This document shows positions 17,757-27,336 of a DNA stretch of 64,000 nt, one piece after another. The position numbers were made by a program, and so were the translations under genes. Within the stretch, counting starts at the first letter, position 1, and each line of letters starts with the position of its first letter. The notes beneath the pieces were generated by a model that worked only from the letters and a program-made list of their open reading frames with translations, was not told the origin of the DNA and made no database searches. Source of the DNA: a virus. The DNA is taken from positions 32,001 through 96,000 of IMG/VR virus record IMGVR_UViG_3300037882_001492, one strand, 5' to 3'.

Positions 17757-18346
17757 TTATTTCGTCTAAATAAATAGAAGTAAATTGGCTGATCTATCCA
17801 TTCTTCTGTTTTAAGAAGCGGGAGCAAGCGGTAAGAATAGTCTTTATCCTCTCCCATTGAAATATCAGGAAATTTGACTTGCAAAGCCAATTCCCGCTTA
17901 ACAGGATTTAAATGGTTTGGGCATCTGAAATAGATTTTCTTACCTTGAAAAATGTATGATTTTTCGAACCATTCTTTACATTGAATTGTATGAAATGATC
18001 TTTCCGCATTCTGACCGTCAGTTGTCATAATAAGATTCATACCAACAACATCTGGTTTAGATTCGATAGCCTTCAATACCAGTTCAATGTAGTTTGGTGC
18101 CACTAAATCATCATCGTCTATAAAAGCAACATAATCTCCTTTCGACCAAGCTAAAAGATTATTTCTTTTTTCGCCAATTGAAATATCGTCTCTAGTATCG
18201 TATAAAATTTCAACTTGTCCAGAGTCTTCTAATAAATTTTTTTGTATATCTAAATTAGCATACAATCTAACAAAAAACTGTCGTCTATTTTTTAATGTAG
18301 GAATTAAAATACTTAATTTAGGTTTTTGAATTTCAGGCATAAACAT
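17753..18346 (-). CDS. GT2 glycosyltransferase
   Basis: LSILIPT; IGEKRN; GDYVAFIDDDD; GED. Confidence 0.88.
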   Translation of the reverse strand: MFMPEIQKPKLSILIPTLKNRRQFFVRLYANLDIQKNLLEDSGQVEILYDTRDDISIGEKRNNLLAWSKGDYVAFIDDDDLVAPNYIELVLKAIESKPDVVGMNLIMTTDGQNAERSFHTIQCKEWFEKSYIFQGKKIYFRCPNHLNPVKRELALQVKFPDISMGEDKDYSYRLLPLLKTEEWIDQPIYFYLFRRNK

Positions 18347-18948
18347 TAAAAATGAGGCTCCAAAGGCCTTGAAGTTTCTTCGTTTGAATGACCATCGTTC
18401 TGATAGAAAATTGATTTCTCAAGACAGTAAACTTCTCTATCTTTCATTCGCATTGCAACTAGTTCGTCGCAGCCGCCAACAGGATTTCTAATAAATTCTA
18501 TTAAATCATTAGAAACTTCTTCACCATAAGTTGAAGTAAAAGGATAAAAAATTGAATGCATACCCAGCATATTATATGGCCGGATATGAGAAAATTTATG
18601 GAAAGATGAAATACAACCTCGGTATTGCGATTTTCCACGAATCATCCCATAATGAGAATGCCCTAAATACACAGCATCCATATAAGATTCAATTTCAAAT
18701 TCGGTTTTAAAATTTAAAATATTACAATCGTCTTCAATAATTAAAACCGATCGATGCTTATTTTTTGCCAAAACTTTTAAATGCTGCTTAGCTATACCAA
18801 CTGTATAAGGGTGCGTAATTTCACCGAAATCAAATTCTAGATTAGTAATTCCTAATTTATCACATATACCTGCAATACGCCCCTGTCTGTCTTTATTTTT
18901 TTCAATAGTAAGGCAAACGACAGGAATTTCACTTAATTTAATTAGCAT
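18346..18948 (-). CDS. GT25-like glycosyltransferase
   Basis: VVCLTI....DR; H..VL; LIIEDDC. Confidence 0.7.
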   Translation of the reverse strand: MLIKLSEIPVVCLTIEKNKDRQGRIAGICDKLGITNLEFDFGEITHPYTVGIAKQHLKVLAKNKHRSVLIIEDDCNILNFKTEFEIESYMDAVYLGHSHYGMIRGKSQYRGCISSFHKFSHIRPYNMLGMHSIFYPFTSTYGEEVSNDLIEFIRNPVGGCDELVAMRMKDREVYCLEKSIFYQNDGHSNEETSRPLEPHF

Positions 18949-19828
18949 CTAAAAACTCCTTAAAATAATTAAGCCATTGATATCTGCTTCTTTCAATATC
19001 ATCCAATAGCATTTGTTTTGTCGCTAGTTTTCCATCTTTTGATAGTTCAAAGAACCAATGGAAAAATCCAGTATTATCCGATGTTAATAATTCACACCCT
19101 GCCAAACAAGCTTCTAATAATACTCTACTAAAGGACTCCGGGTATTGTGGTAAAAATGCAAAATATTGATGCTTAACCAACTCATCTTTCCACTCGTTGA
19201 ATTCATATTGAATGTTAGAATCAACAGGAAATTTAACTAACTTTGCATTTGGTTCGTTTAAAACCATCTGTTCAGCTTCTTTAGTTCCTTTAATCCAATT
19301 CTTACTATTAAGAATTAATGTTGTATTTTGTCTGCTTTCAAACGGTTGACTTAATCCTTTTTCATAAAGGTCTTTATAGAGTTTAATGTCGTGTCTAGAG
19401 AAAAAGGGAGTTCCAAACAATCTAGAGGGGTAAACTCCACTCTCTGCCAATCTATTGAATAGTCTTACTTGTGCGCTAGATTGAAAAACAACCTCTTTTG
19501 CATTATTATAAAACTCAACAGGATTAGTTTTCGAACCCCAATGAACCGTCATGTACGGGTTTCGATGAACAAGAATTTGATAATCGTGTTCAATTACAAT
19601 ATAAGGTTTTCCTTTCAATCGTTGAATAAGCTCATCGTAATCAAACAATGAACGATTGGATACGATAGAAGGCAACTCATCATTGAAATTCATCCAATTA
19701 GGAGAAACCCAATTAGAGTTATACCCAATATCTTCTAACTCTTTTAATAAAGAGTTATCGCATTTTTCTGCACCGCCCGGACTTTGCTCTAATGTAAAGT
19801 CAGTTATGAAATTAAAATATCGTGCCAT
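18938..19828 (-). CDS. GT4-like glycosyltransferase
   Basis: GGAE; KG; EX7E motif ESFSRVLLEACLAGC. Confidence 0.75.
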   Translation of the reverse strand: MARYFNFITDFTLEQSPGGAEKCDNSLLKELEDIGYNSNWVSPNWMNFNDELPSIVSNRSLFDYDELIQRLKGKPYIVIEHDYQILVHRNPYMTVHWGSKTNPVEFYNNAKEVVFQSSAQVRLFNRLAESGVYPSRLFGTPFFSRHDIKLYKDLYEKGLSQPFESRQNTTLILNSKNWIKGTKEAEQMVLNEPNAKLVKFPVDSNIQYEFNEWKDELVKHQYFAFLPQYPESFSRVLLEACLAGCELLTSDNTGFFHWFFELSKDGKLATKQMLLDDIERSRYQWLNYFKEFLDAN

Positions 19829-20616
19829 TAAATATATTGATGTTTTCCTTCTTCGGTTTTGTGTCTGAATACGATAGCAGGATAAGTTTTATTAACTTCC
19901 AAAACTAACTGTTTATCAAGTCCCATTGCAATTGCCCCAGGTAATCCTTCGTTTGATACAAAATGATCGCACTTATCAATAAGTCTAGCCATCTGTAATG
20001 CGTCCGTAATAAGAATTCTAGGGATCTTACTTTCAGTAACTTCCTGAATAACTTGATACTCTAAATCAGTTCCTATGAATCCAATTTTAGATCCGTCTTT
20101 AATTCGATCAGGTACAAATTTCTCCCAAAAGGCATGGTTGCCTTGTGATCTTAAAGTTCTGTTTAGAATAATATCAAACTTCTCTTCATTATTTTCTCCT
20201 ACTTCTAACCATCTTTCAGTTAGTTTTGGAAAAGATTCCATACCTTCCTTATCTTTAATAACATTAGTAGCAGCCAAATGAGATAGAACTAAGTTATTGA
20301 CTCCAATTGCATTTCTAAACAAATTCAAATCAATGTATTCAACTCCTGGTTGAATAATCTCTGTTACTTGATTACGGATCAATCCAATATAAGATTGCTT
20401 CTCAAGTAACGGTAGTAAGAATTTATATGCTGTCTCATTGAACTTGGTAAATCCTCTTGCTGGAACTGCACGATATGGAGCCATTTTACCTTTTCCACCG
20501 TTGCAATCCAATTCAAGATCAACAAAATTTCCTTGATTTTTAAAATAGCGTAAAACTGGCAGAGAGAATATAATATCCCCCATATCCCCGTAATGTTTGA
20601 ATATGATTTTATTCAT
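19828..20616 (-). CDS. GT9-like (heptosyltransferase-fold) glycosyltransferase
   Basis: GDMGDIIFSLP; FVSNEGLP..IA.GL. Confidence 0.65.
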   Translation of the reverse strand: MNKIIFKHYGDMGDIIFSLPVLRYFKNQGNFVDLELDCNGGKGKMAPYRAVPARGFTKFNETAYKFLLPLLEKQSYIGLIRNQVTEIIQPGVEYIDLNLFRNAIGVNNLVLSHLAATNVIKDKEGMESFPKLTERWLEVGENNEEKFDIILNRTLRSQGNHAFWEKFVPDRIKDGSKIGFIGTDLEYQVIQEVTESKIPRILITDALQMARLIDKCDHFVSNEGLPGAIAMGLDKQLVLEVNKTYPAIVFRHKTEEGKHQYI

Positions 20617-20767
20617 CTAATCCTAATCTCTGCCTCCAACCCTCTGTTCCAAAGAAATCTTCCAAATCTCCCTCATCAAGTAATTTTTCTAGGTCATTAA
20701 TATAATCAACAACTTGCTGTGCCTCATCATCAGAAAGCTTGTTGACGACTAATTTTCCTATTAACAT
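20609..20767 (-). CDS. small acidic protein, 52 aa (below the ORF-track cut-off)
   Basis: MLIGKLVVNKLSDDEAQQVVDYINDLEKLLDEGDLEDFFGTEGWRQRLGLDE; overlaps the GT9 start; ATAAATA upstream. Confidence 0.55.
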   Translation of the reverse strand: MLIGKLVVNKLSDDEAQQVVDYINDLEKLLDEGDLEDFFGTEGWRQRLGLDE

Positions 20768-20774
20768 GCATATG

Positions 20775-20781
20775 TATTTAT
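20775..20781 (-). promoter_or_regulatory. candidate late promoter ATAAATA at the head of the glycosylation cluster
   Basis: NTAAATA heptamer 7 nt upstream of the small ORF that leads the cluster. Confidence 0.45.
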
Positions 20782-21119
20782 TATTCATAAATTATCTTTA
20801 ATGCGTTACAGATATTTTCTGCCCCTTGTTTTTGACATTTAGTTTTAAGAATTAAATGAACCCAAATTGTAGAAATATCTCCTTTAAGGCTCAGTTTCCC
20901 TGTAGTATATTGAAACATATAATAGTTACTATCCTCGGTAATATTCCATCTTGGACCTAAAATTACTTTCATCCGTGTAATTTCATCTTCTTCGATTTTA
21001 GCGTGGTAGATCCGTTCAATTAAATTTTCTACATCCACTCTGACGCGCTGACCGTGTGAATACATTTCAGCGTAATCTTTTAATTTTCCAATAATTATGT
21101 CTTTTAGTGTTCGTTCCAT
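20781..21119 (-). CDS. hypothetical protein
   Basis: ORF track; tight packing. Confidence 0.55.
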   Translation of the reverse strand: MERTLKDIIIGKLKDYAEMYSHGQRVRVDVENLIERIYHAKIEEDEITRMKVILGPRWNITEDSNYYMFQYTTGKLSLKGDISTIWVHLILKTKCQKQGAENICNALKIIYE

Positions 21120-21120
21120 T

Positions 21121-21348
21121 TTATTTAAGGTATAGGTTTGCAGCCCGTTTGAGTTTTATGAGTTCTATTTTTTGATTAATGAGATTGATTGTCGAAAAAG
21201 TTCGTGGTTCCCAGCCATAAAAAGTTCGTACAGTATTTAATAATTCATTTAAATCGTTCAAGTCTTCTCCCTCTAAAATCTTTCTAACTTCAATAGAATT
21301 AAGAAAGTATTCTACTTTATAATTCTGTGAGTAAGAAGGTATTGCCAT
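21121..21348 (-). CDS. hypothetical protein
   Basis: ORF track; tight packing. Confidence 0.55.
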   Translation of the reverse strand: MAIPSYSQNYKVEYFLNSIEVRKILEGEDLNDLNELLNTVRTFYGWEPRTFSTINLINQKIELIKLKRAANLYLK

Positions 21349-21349
21349 T

Positions 21350-21607
21350 TTATTTTATAATGCGACGATCCACGATTACTTCCCAAGGTCCATATTTTTT
21401 AACCTTTTTATGACCGCAAAATTCTACACTTTCGCCTGTAGTACGACTAGTGTATAAATCATGTTCGGCGTTAGTCATTTGCTGACCACCAGCACCGCCA
21501 TGACATAAAGAACCGGAAGCATGACCAATAGTAAATCTTTGATGAATTAATTCCATCGGATAACATTTTAACGCTTCACACGCTAATTGAATTTGATATA
21601 AACTCAT
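21350..21607 (-). CDS. hypothetical protein
   Basis: ORF track; ATGA overlap. Confidence 0.5.
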   Translation of the reverse strand: MSLYQIQLACEALKCYPMELIHQRFTIGHASGSLCHGGAGGQQMTNAEHDLYTSRTTGESVEFCGHKKVKKYGPWEVIVDRRIIK

Positions 21608-23835
21608 TTTATTTCGTATTTAAACAATCGTAAGATTTCCAAATAAAGCAGGTAACGATTCACAACTACTTTATTAAGATCGAATGCATCATCTGTAATC
21701 TTCTTCAAATTACTTCCCATTCGTGTAATCTCTTTAGGATTACGAATCAAATAGGACAGACGATTCTTCCATTCCATTATACTGTTTTCTCTAGAAATAA
21801 GGAAACCAGTTTCACCGTTTTTAATGGTTTCGTCATAGCAACCCATATTAGTGCAAACTAATGGGATTGCATATCTACCACAATTATGCATGACAGTAAA
21901 ATCGTCCAACAAATGTAAATTATCCCCATCTAATTGAAATCCAAAAAACTCTCTATCGCCTGATAGTTTTTCAATTTTAAATCCTGTGGTGAGGGGGTTT
22001 CTAATTTTTTTCTTTATTGTTTGTTTATGTTGTTTTCTGGCTATTTTGCAAGGAATTAAATGAATGGGGCCGGAAATTTGAAGTCTCTCCCATAAAAACA
22101 ATTCTCCCTTTTCATTATACTTTTTACATATTTCCGGGCCGGACACTCTAAACCCTAAACTTCTAGCTAAAAACGCAACATCATTAATTAACTGTTTTGA
22201 CGAATTAGAAAATTGATATGATGATTTTATCAAACACCCATCCGTGTCAATTAGACCGGCCAACAATTCTAATCTATTTTTTCTAGAGTTTATTAAATAT
22301 TGTTTTGGAATAAATTTATTTTTACAAGAAACTTTATAAAGTTTATAAAATTTAAGTTTTTCAATAATCGGGTTTTTAGATGGGCCGGAATTAGGTTCAA
22401 GCCCTGCACTATATGTGCTGGCTTTACTTCCTTGTTTTCCGTATGCATTAATGTGCAGTTTTTCCTCCCCAACACTAAGACAATAATTAGAAAAATATTC
22501 CCTAATTTCTTCGTCCATAGTTATAATCCTTGGAGTTTTTAAAAGGGAACCGTCCCCTAACATCGCTCCAATAAAGTAAGGCTCTAATAAAACTTCCGCA
22601 TGTGGAAACTCTACCTCACTTCTATACAAATTATAATCATATTTCTCTAAATCATATAATGAATCATAATCTTTAACTTTAATTGTTAAAAATTCTTCTC
22701 GCTTCTTAAGACGATTAGTTTTTAAGTGCAGCAAATGGTCTGTGGTTACTGTTATTTCTTTCCCATTCTTAGGAATTATTTTAACCATTTCACTTTTACC
22801 GCGAAATAACTTTATAACATTTCTTTCTTTAGAGTCCGGTCCCATTAATTTATCCCCAAGTTCTACATCCTCAACATTTTTTATAGAACCGTCAAACATC
22901 AAAACTTTAGTACCAGATGCGTAACATTCTGCAACTTTGATATCGGATTTTGAATCGTTAAAGAAATTATATTGTAATGGGGCAATAGCAATATCAATAT
23001 TACTATAGAAGATGCCATACTTATCAATCGGTTGCGCCCAAAAGATTTCTACATTTGATCGTTTAGATCCAGCAGTTAGAATCTTTTGGTAATTGTCCCA
23101 AACATCACTTTGCCAATCTTTTTTAGCACCAGGAGGAAAAAAAGGTCTTCCAAAGAAATTCCATTTAACTTTTTCAGGTCCAACTAACTGATTTACAGCC
23201 AGCATTGTACCTTTAAATTCTTTTACATCTTCCTCATGGTGGATTCCGCCTACCCAACCAATTCTAACGGGTTTAGACTGATTCTTTGGTGCATTCCAAT
23301 TCGGAAGGTTGTAATCAATAGCATTTTTAAGGATCGCTAAGGCACCAGATTTAATATAAGGTTTTACTCGCTCAGCAAACTTTCTTTGAGTTACAGTAAC
23401 AAGATTTGAATGCTCATAAAGTAATTTAGTTAATTCGTCTAATTTCTTTTCTTTATAGGCAGCATAATGTCTATGCCCTTCGTATAAATCAGTAAGTAAA
23501 TCATCTGTATCAAAATGATGGATTTTGCCTCTCTTTCTAGTTTCGTCTAATAATTGAACATTATATTGTGGTCCGAAATCGTGAATATTGCAAGTAAACA
23601 CAATATCAGCCCATTCAATATCGGGAACTTTACTATCTGGATTTACAAAGATTTGAGTTCCTTCACCTTGCCGCCACTCTAAAGGATTTTTATTGAAGCG
23701 AACTTCGATATAATCAGATAGAGCTTCCTGTATTTTTTTACATGGAATAATAACCCGATATTGAGCGCACCCCCCTTCATTCGGAGGAACAGCTAATAGG
23801 CGTAATTTTCTTGGAAGTTTAGGTAAATCTTGCAT
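21604..23835 (-). CDS. GT-B (GT4-like) glycosyltransferase interrupted by an intein
   Basis: GGCAQYRV; FDTDD; RIGWVGG..H..D; DIAIAPL...FN..KSDIKVAE|intein|CGRYAIP. Confidence 0.88.
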   Translation of the reverse strand: MQDLPKLPRKLRLLAVPPNEGGCAQYRVIIPCKKIQEALSDYIEVRFNKNPLEWRQGEGTQIFVNPDSKVPDIEWADIVFTCNIHDFGPQYNVQLLDETRKRGKIHHFDTDDLLTDLYEGHRHYAAYKEKKLDELTKLLYEHSNLVTVTQRKFAERVKPYIKSGALAILKNAIDYNLPNWNAPKNQSKPVRIGWVGGIHHEEDVKEFKGTMLAVNQLVGPEKVKWNFFGRPFFPPGAKKDWQSDVWDNYQKILTAGSKRSNVEIFWAQPIDKYGIFYSNIDIAIAPLQYNFFNDSKSDIKVAECYASGTKVLMFDGSIKNVEDVELGDKLMGPDSKERNVIKLFRGKSEMVKIIPKNGKEITVTTDHLLHLKTNRLKKREEFLTIKVKDYDSLYDLEKYDYNLYRSEVEFPHAEVLLEPYFIGAMLGDGSLLKTPRIITMDEEIREYFSNYCLSVGEEKLHINAYGKQGSKASTYSAGLEPNSGPSKNPIIEKLKFYKLYKVSCKNKFIPKQYLINSRKNRLELLAGLIDTDGCLIKSSYQFSNSSKQLINDVAFLARSLGFRVSGPEICKKYNEKGELFLWERLQISGPIHLIPCKIARKQHKQTIKKKIRNPLTTGFKIEKLSGDREFFGFQLDGDNLHLLDDFTVMHNCGRYAIPLVCTNMGCYDETIKNGETGFLISRENSIMEWKNRLSYLIRNPKEITRMGSNLKKITDDAFDLNKVVVNRYLLYLEILRLFKYEIK
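21883..22926 (-). mobile_element. intein with LAGLIDADG homing endonuclease (348 aa) in the glycosyltransferase
   Basis: Block A CYASGTKVLMFDGS; block B TTDH; IGAMLGDG; LAGLIDTDG; C-terminal VMHN followed by extein Cys. Confidence 0.95.
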
Positions 23836-23873
23836 AAAAAAAATAGGGGAGACTCTTTGTTAAAATCTCCCCT
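23836..23873 (-). terminator. intrinsic terminator after gp32
   Basis: AGGGGAGA...TCTCCCCT stem followed by A and T8. Confidence 0.8.
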
Positions 23874-23889
23874 CAAAACCATCAAAATC

Positions 23890-24699
23890 TTAGGCTTCCA
23901 TGTCGTCCAAGGACTCAGAAAATTCTTGGTCATCAGACCCGACAGCAGCCGCAGCAGCGGATACAGGAGCCGCAATTCCCAACATTTCAGCCCTATATTG
24001 GTCCCTCTTGGCATCAGCCACCGCTCTAACCTCTTCAAAGGCAGGAAGTTTAATCAAAACACTTAAATCGTGTCTTTGAGCAAGGATATTAGCAATCTCT
24101 TCTTCGCTTTCCGCTAACGGAGTAGATTTAATTCTAAACGAAGATTTATCGTAATTATTGTAACCAGCGACCTTTTCCATTTTCAGGTTAAAGTCCCATC
24201 CCTTTTCAGTATCGAAAATATAAGTCTCTCCGTTACCAAAATCTTCGTCAAACATTCCATCAAGAATCTTTTGGAAGATTTTAACTCCTTGGCTAAGGAT
24301 TTTGACTTTTGAATCTCTACGATCATAGACATTGAAATAGTAGCGATCAGATGCGCCTAAGCCATTCTTGAATAAGAAATCTCGTTTTGCTTCTCCAGCA
24401 GGAGTTTCTTTTCCATCGTTATTGATATCTTTCCAGATTTCAAAATATAGTTCGCACAGAGGGCATTTTTCATCATGCTTTCTCAAGCAATGAAAGTTAT
24501 TCTCTCCGACTTTGTGAATTGCAGTTTCAGCGTAAAATTGTTCGGGATTTGGATTTCCAGGAAGAATTCTCAAGGAAGCAGATTCTTTCTCCCCGATTTG
24601 AACGAAATTCTCAAGGAAGTTTCCGCCCGAACCTTTGTTTGCAAGTTTCTCTTTCTTCTTTCGAAGTTCTTCCATAAAGTTAGGTGTTAGTTTAGCCAT
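23890..24699 (-). CDS. gp32-like single-stranded DNA-binding protein
   Basis: LRILP; H..C..CPLC Zn site; RYYFNVYDR; GWDF; GYNNYDKS; acidic tail. Confidence 0.88.
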   Translation of the reverse strand: MAKLTPNFMEELRKKKEKLANKGSGGNFLENFVQIGEKESASLRILPGNPNPEQFYAETAIHKVGENNFHCLRKHDEKCPLCELYFEIWKDINNDGKETPAGEAKRDFLFKNGLGASDRYYFNVYDRRDSKVKILSQGVKIFQKILDGMFDEDFGNGETYIFDTEKGWDFNLKMEKVAGYNNYDKSSFRIKSTPLAESEEEIANILAQRHDLSVLIKLPAFEEVRAVADAKRDQYRAEMLGIAAPVSAAAAAVGSDDQEFSESLDDMEA

Positions 24700-24700
24700 G

Positions 24701-25138
24701 TTAAGTTGTTAATTTGATTTCAGCCCTTCTGTTACTGCTGGCCTGAACAAGCATATCTTTTAATGTCTCGACTGAGGCATATAAATTTTTACATAGGAAA
24801 AAACGATATTCCTCTGTAAGTAACCCTCTGTAAGATTCTTTTACTTTAGGGTCAAGGATAGACAACGATTCTAATTTAGCATCACTAAGTTTAGAAGAAG
24901 AAGATTTAATGGCATCAGCCTTAATCTGCGACACAATCTCATCATGATCTATTCGTCTTGAGTCATAACGATTCTTAGCATATGCAAGAACCGCACCAAG
25001 AAATGCATGATAAGCAGCGACTTCTGTAATTCGTTTATCTAAGGTTTCTTCATTGAAAGATAACAAGTTAGTGATTAAAGTCTCATAACGATCTTCAATG
25101 TTGGTATAGAAGTTTTTGTAGGTTTCGATAGGTAGCAT
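24701..25138 (-). CDS. UvsY-like recombination mediator
   Basis: Helical ~145 aa protein ending KDMLVQ.SSN.RAE, next to gp32. Confidence 0.6.
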   Translation of the reverse strand: MLPIETYKNFYTNIEDRYETLITNLLSFNEETLDKRITEVAAYHAFLGAVLAYAKNRYDSRRIDHDEIVSQIKADAIKSSSSKLSDAKLESLSILDPKVKESYRGLLTEEYRFFLCKNLYASVETLKDMLVQASSNRRAEIKLTT

Positions 25139-25140
25139 AG

Positions 25141-25506
25141 TTATTGGGTTATAATATTATAGTGTTTATTTCGGGATTTACAAAATTCATAGTAGGAATT
25201 GAAATTTTCGCGGTAAACAAAGAAGTAAGTTTCGTCAGTTGAGTTGATTAAATGTTCTACAAGTCGCGGGTAAGTATAAGTATCTATGTCTGATCTTGTG
25301 AAAAGAAAACAAGCAATACCCCGTTGTTTACAAATTTTTTCTATCTGTTTAAAATATGGTCCTTTCGCAATCAATACGATTTTGTAATGTGATGGAATCT
25401 GATTAACCAGATACGATACATTCTCTTTCGTCGGATATGAGTCAGACAGGATAATACTCACCAACTTAGAAGTATAAGAATCGAAATGAAGTTTGTCTCT
25501 ATGCAT
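25141..25506 (-). CDS. hypothetical protein
   Basis: ORF track; coupled to the helicase. Confidence 0.55.
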   Translation of the reverse strand: MHRDKLHFDSYTSKLVSIILSDSYPTKENVSYLVNQIPSHYKIVLIAKGPYFKQIEKICKQRGIACFLFTRSDIDTYTYPRLVEHLINSTDETYFFVYRENFNSYYEFCKSRNKHYNIITQ

Positions 25507-26797
25507 CTTGCATCACCATTTTACTTGCTTCAATTTTAATGTTATGGACAAACTTAGAAACCCCATTTCTGTTTTTGATAATAAACAATCTAGCTTTTCC
25601 TTCTTCTTTCTCTGCTGTAGTTTGATTGATCGAGAAGATAAACTCACATGGACGAAGCTTGCCATACGAATCTCCGACTTCTCTTTCAGTAATAATAGTA
25701 ACCTTGTGGGCTTCTCTATTAGTTTGTGTTGCGGTCCAAACTAACATTCTAGATTGAATCGCTAATCCTCTTAGATGTTCAACGGTATCTTGTTGAGCCT
25801 CATAAGTGGCTTTTTCACCTTCGGACATTAAATCAAGGTAATCAATAATCAATACATCAGGAACAAAATTCTCATAGTTTTTCAACTGTTGCAGGTATGC
25901 CCTAAGTTGAGACATTGATAAACATTTGGTCGGAAACTGTTTAACTTTAATCTTACCTAATGGGAATCCTTTCGTTTCAATAAGTTTGTTGTTAATTAAT
26001 GACAGACGATATTTAATGTCCGATACGCGATTCTTTAACTCTGTTATGGGAATTCGTGTGAAACAAGAGTCTATGCGTTGTTCGATTCTATCTTCACTCA
26101 TTTCCAAAGAAATATAAGCAACATTCAAACCTTCTTTTGCCGACTCTACTGCTTGATTAACAAGATAGATTGATTTACCTACTCCTGTTGGTGCAATTAC
26201 CATTGCAATCTCACCACGACCAAATCCACCTTCATCTAACTGTTCATTAAGTTTCTCAAATGGTGTGCGTCCAATACAATTTTTAGTGCTTGTAAGACGC
26301 TGGTATCGTGATTCAAAATCCTCCCCATAATATGAACCTAATTCAAGGGAACGGCCAACTTGTAAAGCGGCGGAAACCCTTTCTCTAACTTTCTCGTAAT
26401 GACCAGAATTTACTAGTTCAACAGATCCGATTAGGGCTTCTACCATCGCTTGCTTTTGAGCAAACTTCTCTACTTTATCTAAGAGATATTCTTTAGTAGA
26501 GTTAGCAGAAACATCAGTTGAATTAATGCTAGTAAGTTCTTGACGATAATCACCTAAAAACTCTTTTTCAGTCAATAAAGGTTTTAGGTCTTCAATGATT
26601 TGTGAATCGTCAGGTAAAGCACGATACTTATAGTAATAATCTCTAATTACTCTAAAGATTTTAGCATGAACATCTGATTCAAAATATTCTGGCTTTAACA
26701 TTGCCAAAATTTGAGTCAAATAATCAATATCCGCCTTGCATAGGAACAGAATTGATCTTTGAATCCCTTCTTCGAAATCTAATGTGTCTTTAGTCAT
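25499..26797 (-). CDS. DnaB/gp41-like replicative helicase
   Basis: APTGVGKS; ISLEMSE; IIDYLDLM; WTATQTNR; KNRNG. Confidence 0.93.
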   Translation of the reverse strand: MTKDTLDFEEGIQRSILFLCKADIDYLTQILAMLKPEYFESDVHAKIFRVIRDYYYKYRALPDDSQIIEDLKPLLTEKEFLGDYRQELTSINSTDVSANSTKEYLLDKVEKFAQKQAMVEALIGSVELVNSGHYEKVRERVSAALQVGRSLELGSYYGEDFESRYQRLTSTKNCIGRTPFEKLNEQLDEGGFGRGEIAMVIAPTGVGKSIYLVNQAVESAKEGLNVAYISLEMSEDRIEQRIDSCFTRIPITELKNRVSDIKYRLSLINNKLIETKGFPLGKIKVKQFPTKCLSMSQLRAYLQQLKNYENFVPDVLIIDYLDLMSEGEKATYEAQQDTVEHLRGLAIQSRMLVWTATQTNREAHKVTIITEREVGDSYGKLRPCEFIFSINQTTAEKEEGKARLFIIKNRNGVSKFVHNIKIEASKMVMQDA

Positions 26798-27336
26798 TAA
26801 TTACCTGTTGAACCAAATCCCCCGGTTCCTCTCATATTATACCCTGCTTCCTTCGCTACCATAAGATCAAAATCCTCTTTACAAAAATAAACGCCAGCTA
26901 AAGGTTCAAGCGTTTTTGGAATCATTTGTGCAATTCTTTCTCTTGCTTGAATTGTAATAACTTCGTTTGTGCAATTTCTGATTGCAAGTATTACTTCACC
27001 TCTATAATCAGAGTCAATAATTCCAACTCCATTTGCGAGGGATAAACCTTTTTTACCCCAAGACGATCTAATGAATACTTCAAAGTAATATCCTTGCGGT
27101 GGTTTGATAAAAGTTCCTGTTGAAACTATAGCAATTCTTCCAGGCTCAACTTGAATTGTATTCATCGAAATTAAATCAAATCCCGCAGATCCAGGAGTTG
27201 CTTTTTTTAAAACTGGCCCTGTGTATTGGAAACATTTAATCGTTAATTCCTTAATTTCAACCTTATCAATATCAGGATATTTTTCTTCAATTTCTGCAAT
27301 ATACTGCATTTTCTGTAAAGGGGTTAAATTATCCAT
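26797..27336 (-). CDS. dut: trimeric dUTPase
   Basis: SAGFDL; RSS; GIIDSDYRGE; RIAQ; RGTGGFGSTG. Confidence 0.96.
   Translation of the reverse strand: MDNLTPLQKMQYIAEIEEKYPDIDKVEIKELTIKCFQYTGPVLKKATPGSAGFDLISMNTIQVEPGRIAIVSTGTFIKPPQGYYFEVFIRSSWGKKGLSLANGVGIIDSDYRGEVILAIRNCTNEVITIQARERIAQMIPKTLEPLAGVYFCKEDFDLMVAKEAGYNMRGTGGFGSTGN

Noticed and set aside
12824-20616. Host LPS/capsule locus (chromosomal contamination or prophage flank)
   Set aside because: It shares strand, AT content and tight coupling with flanking phage genes, and has no flippase, polymerase or export genes.
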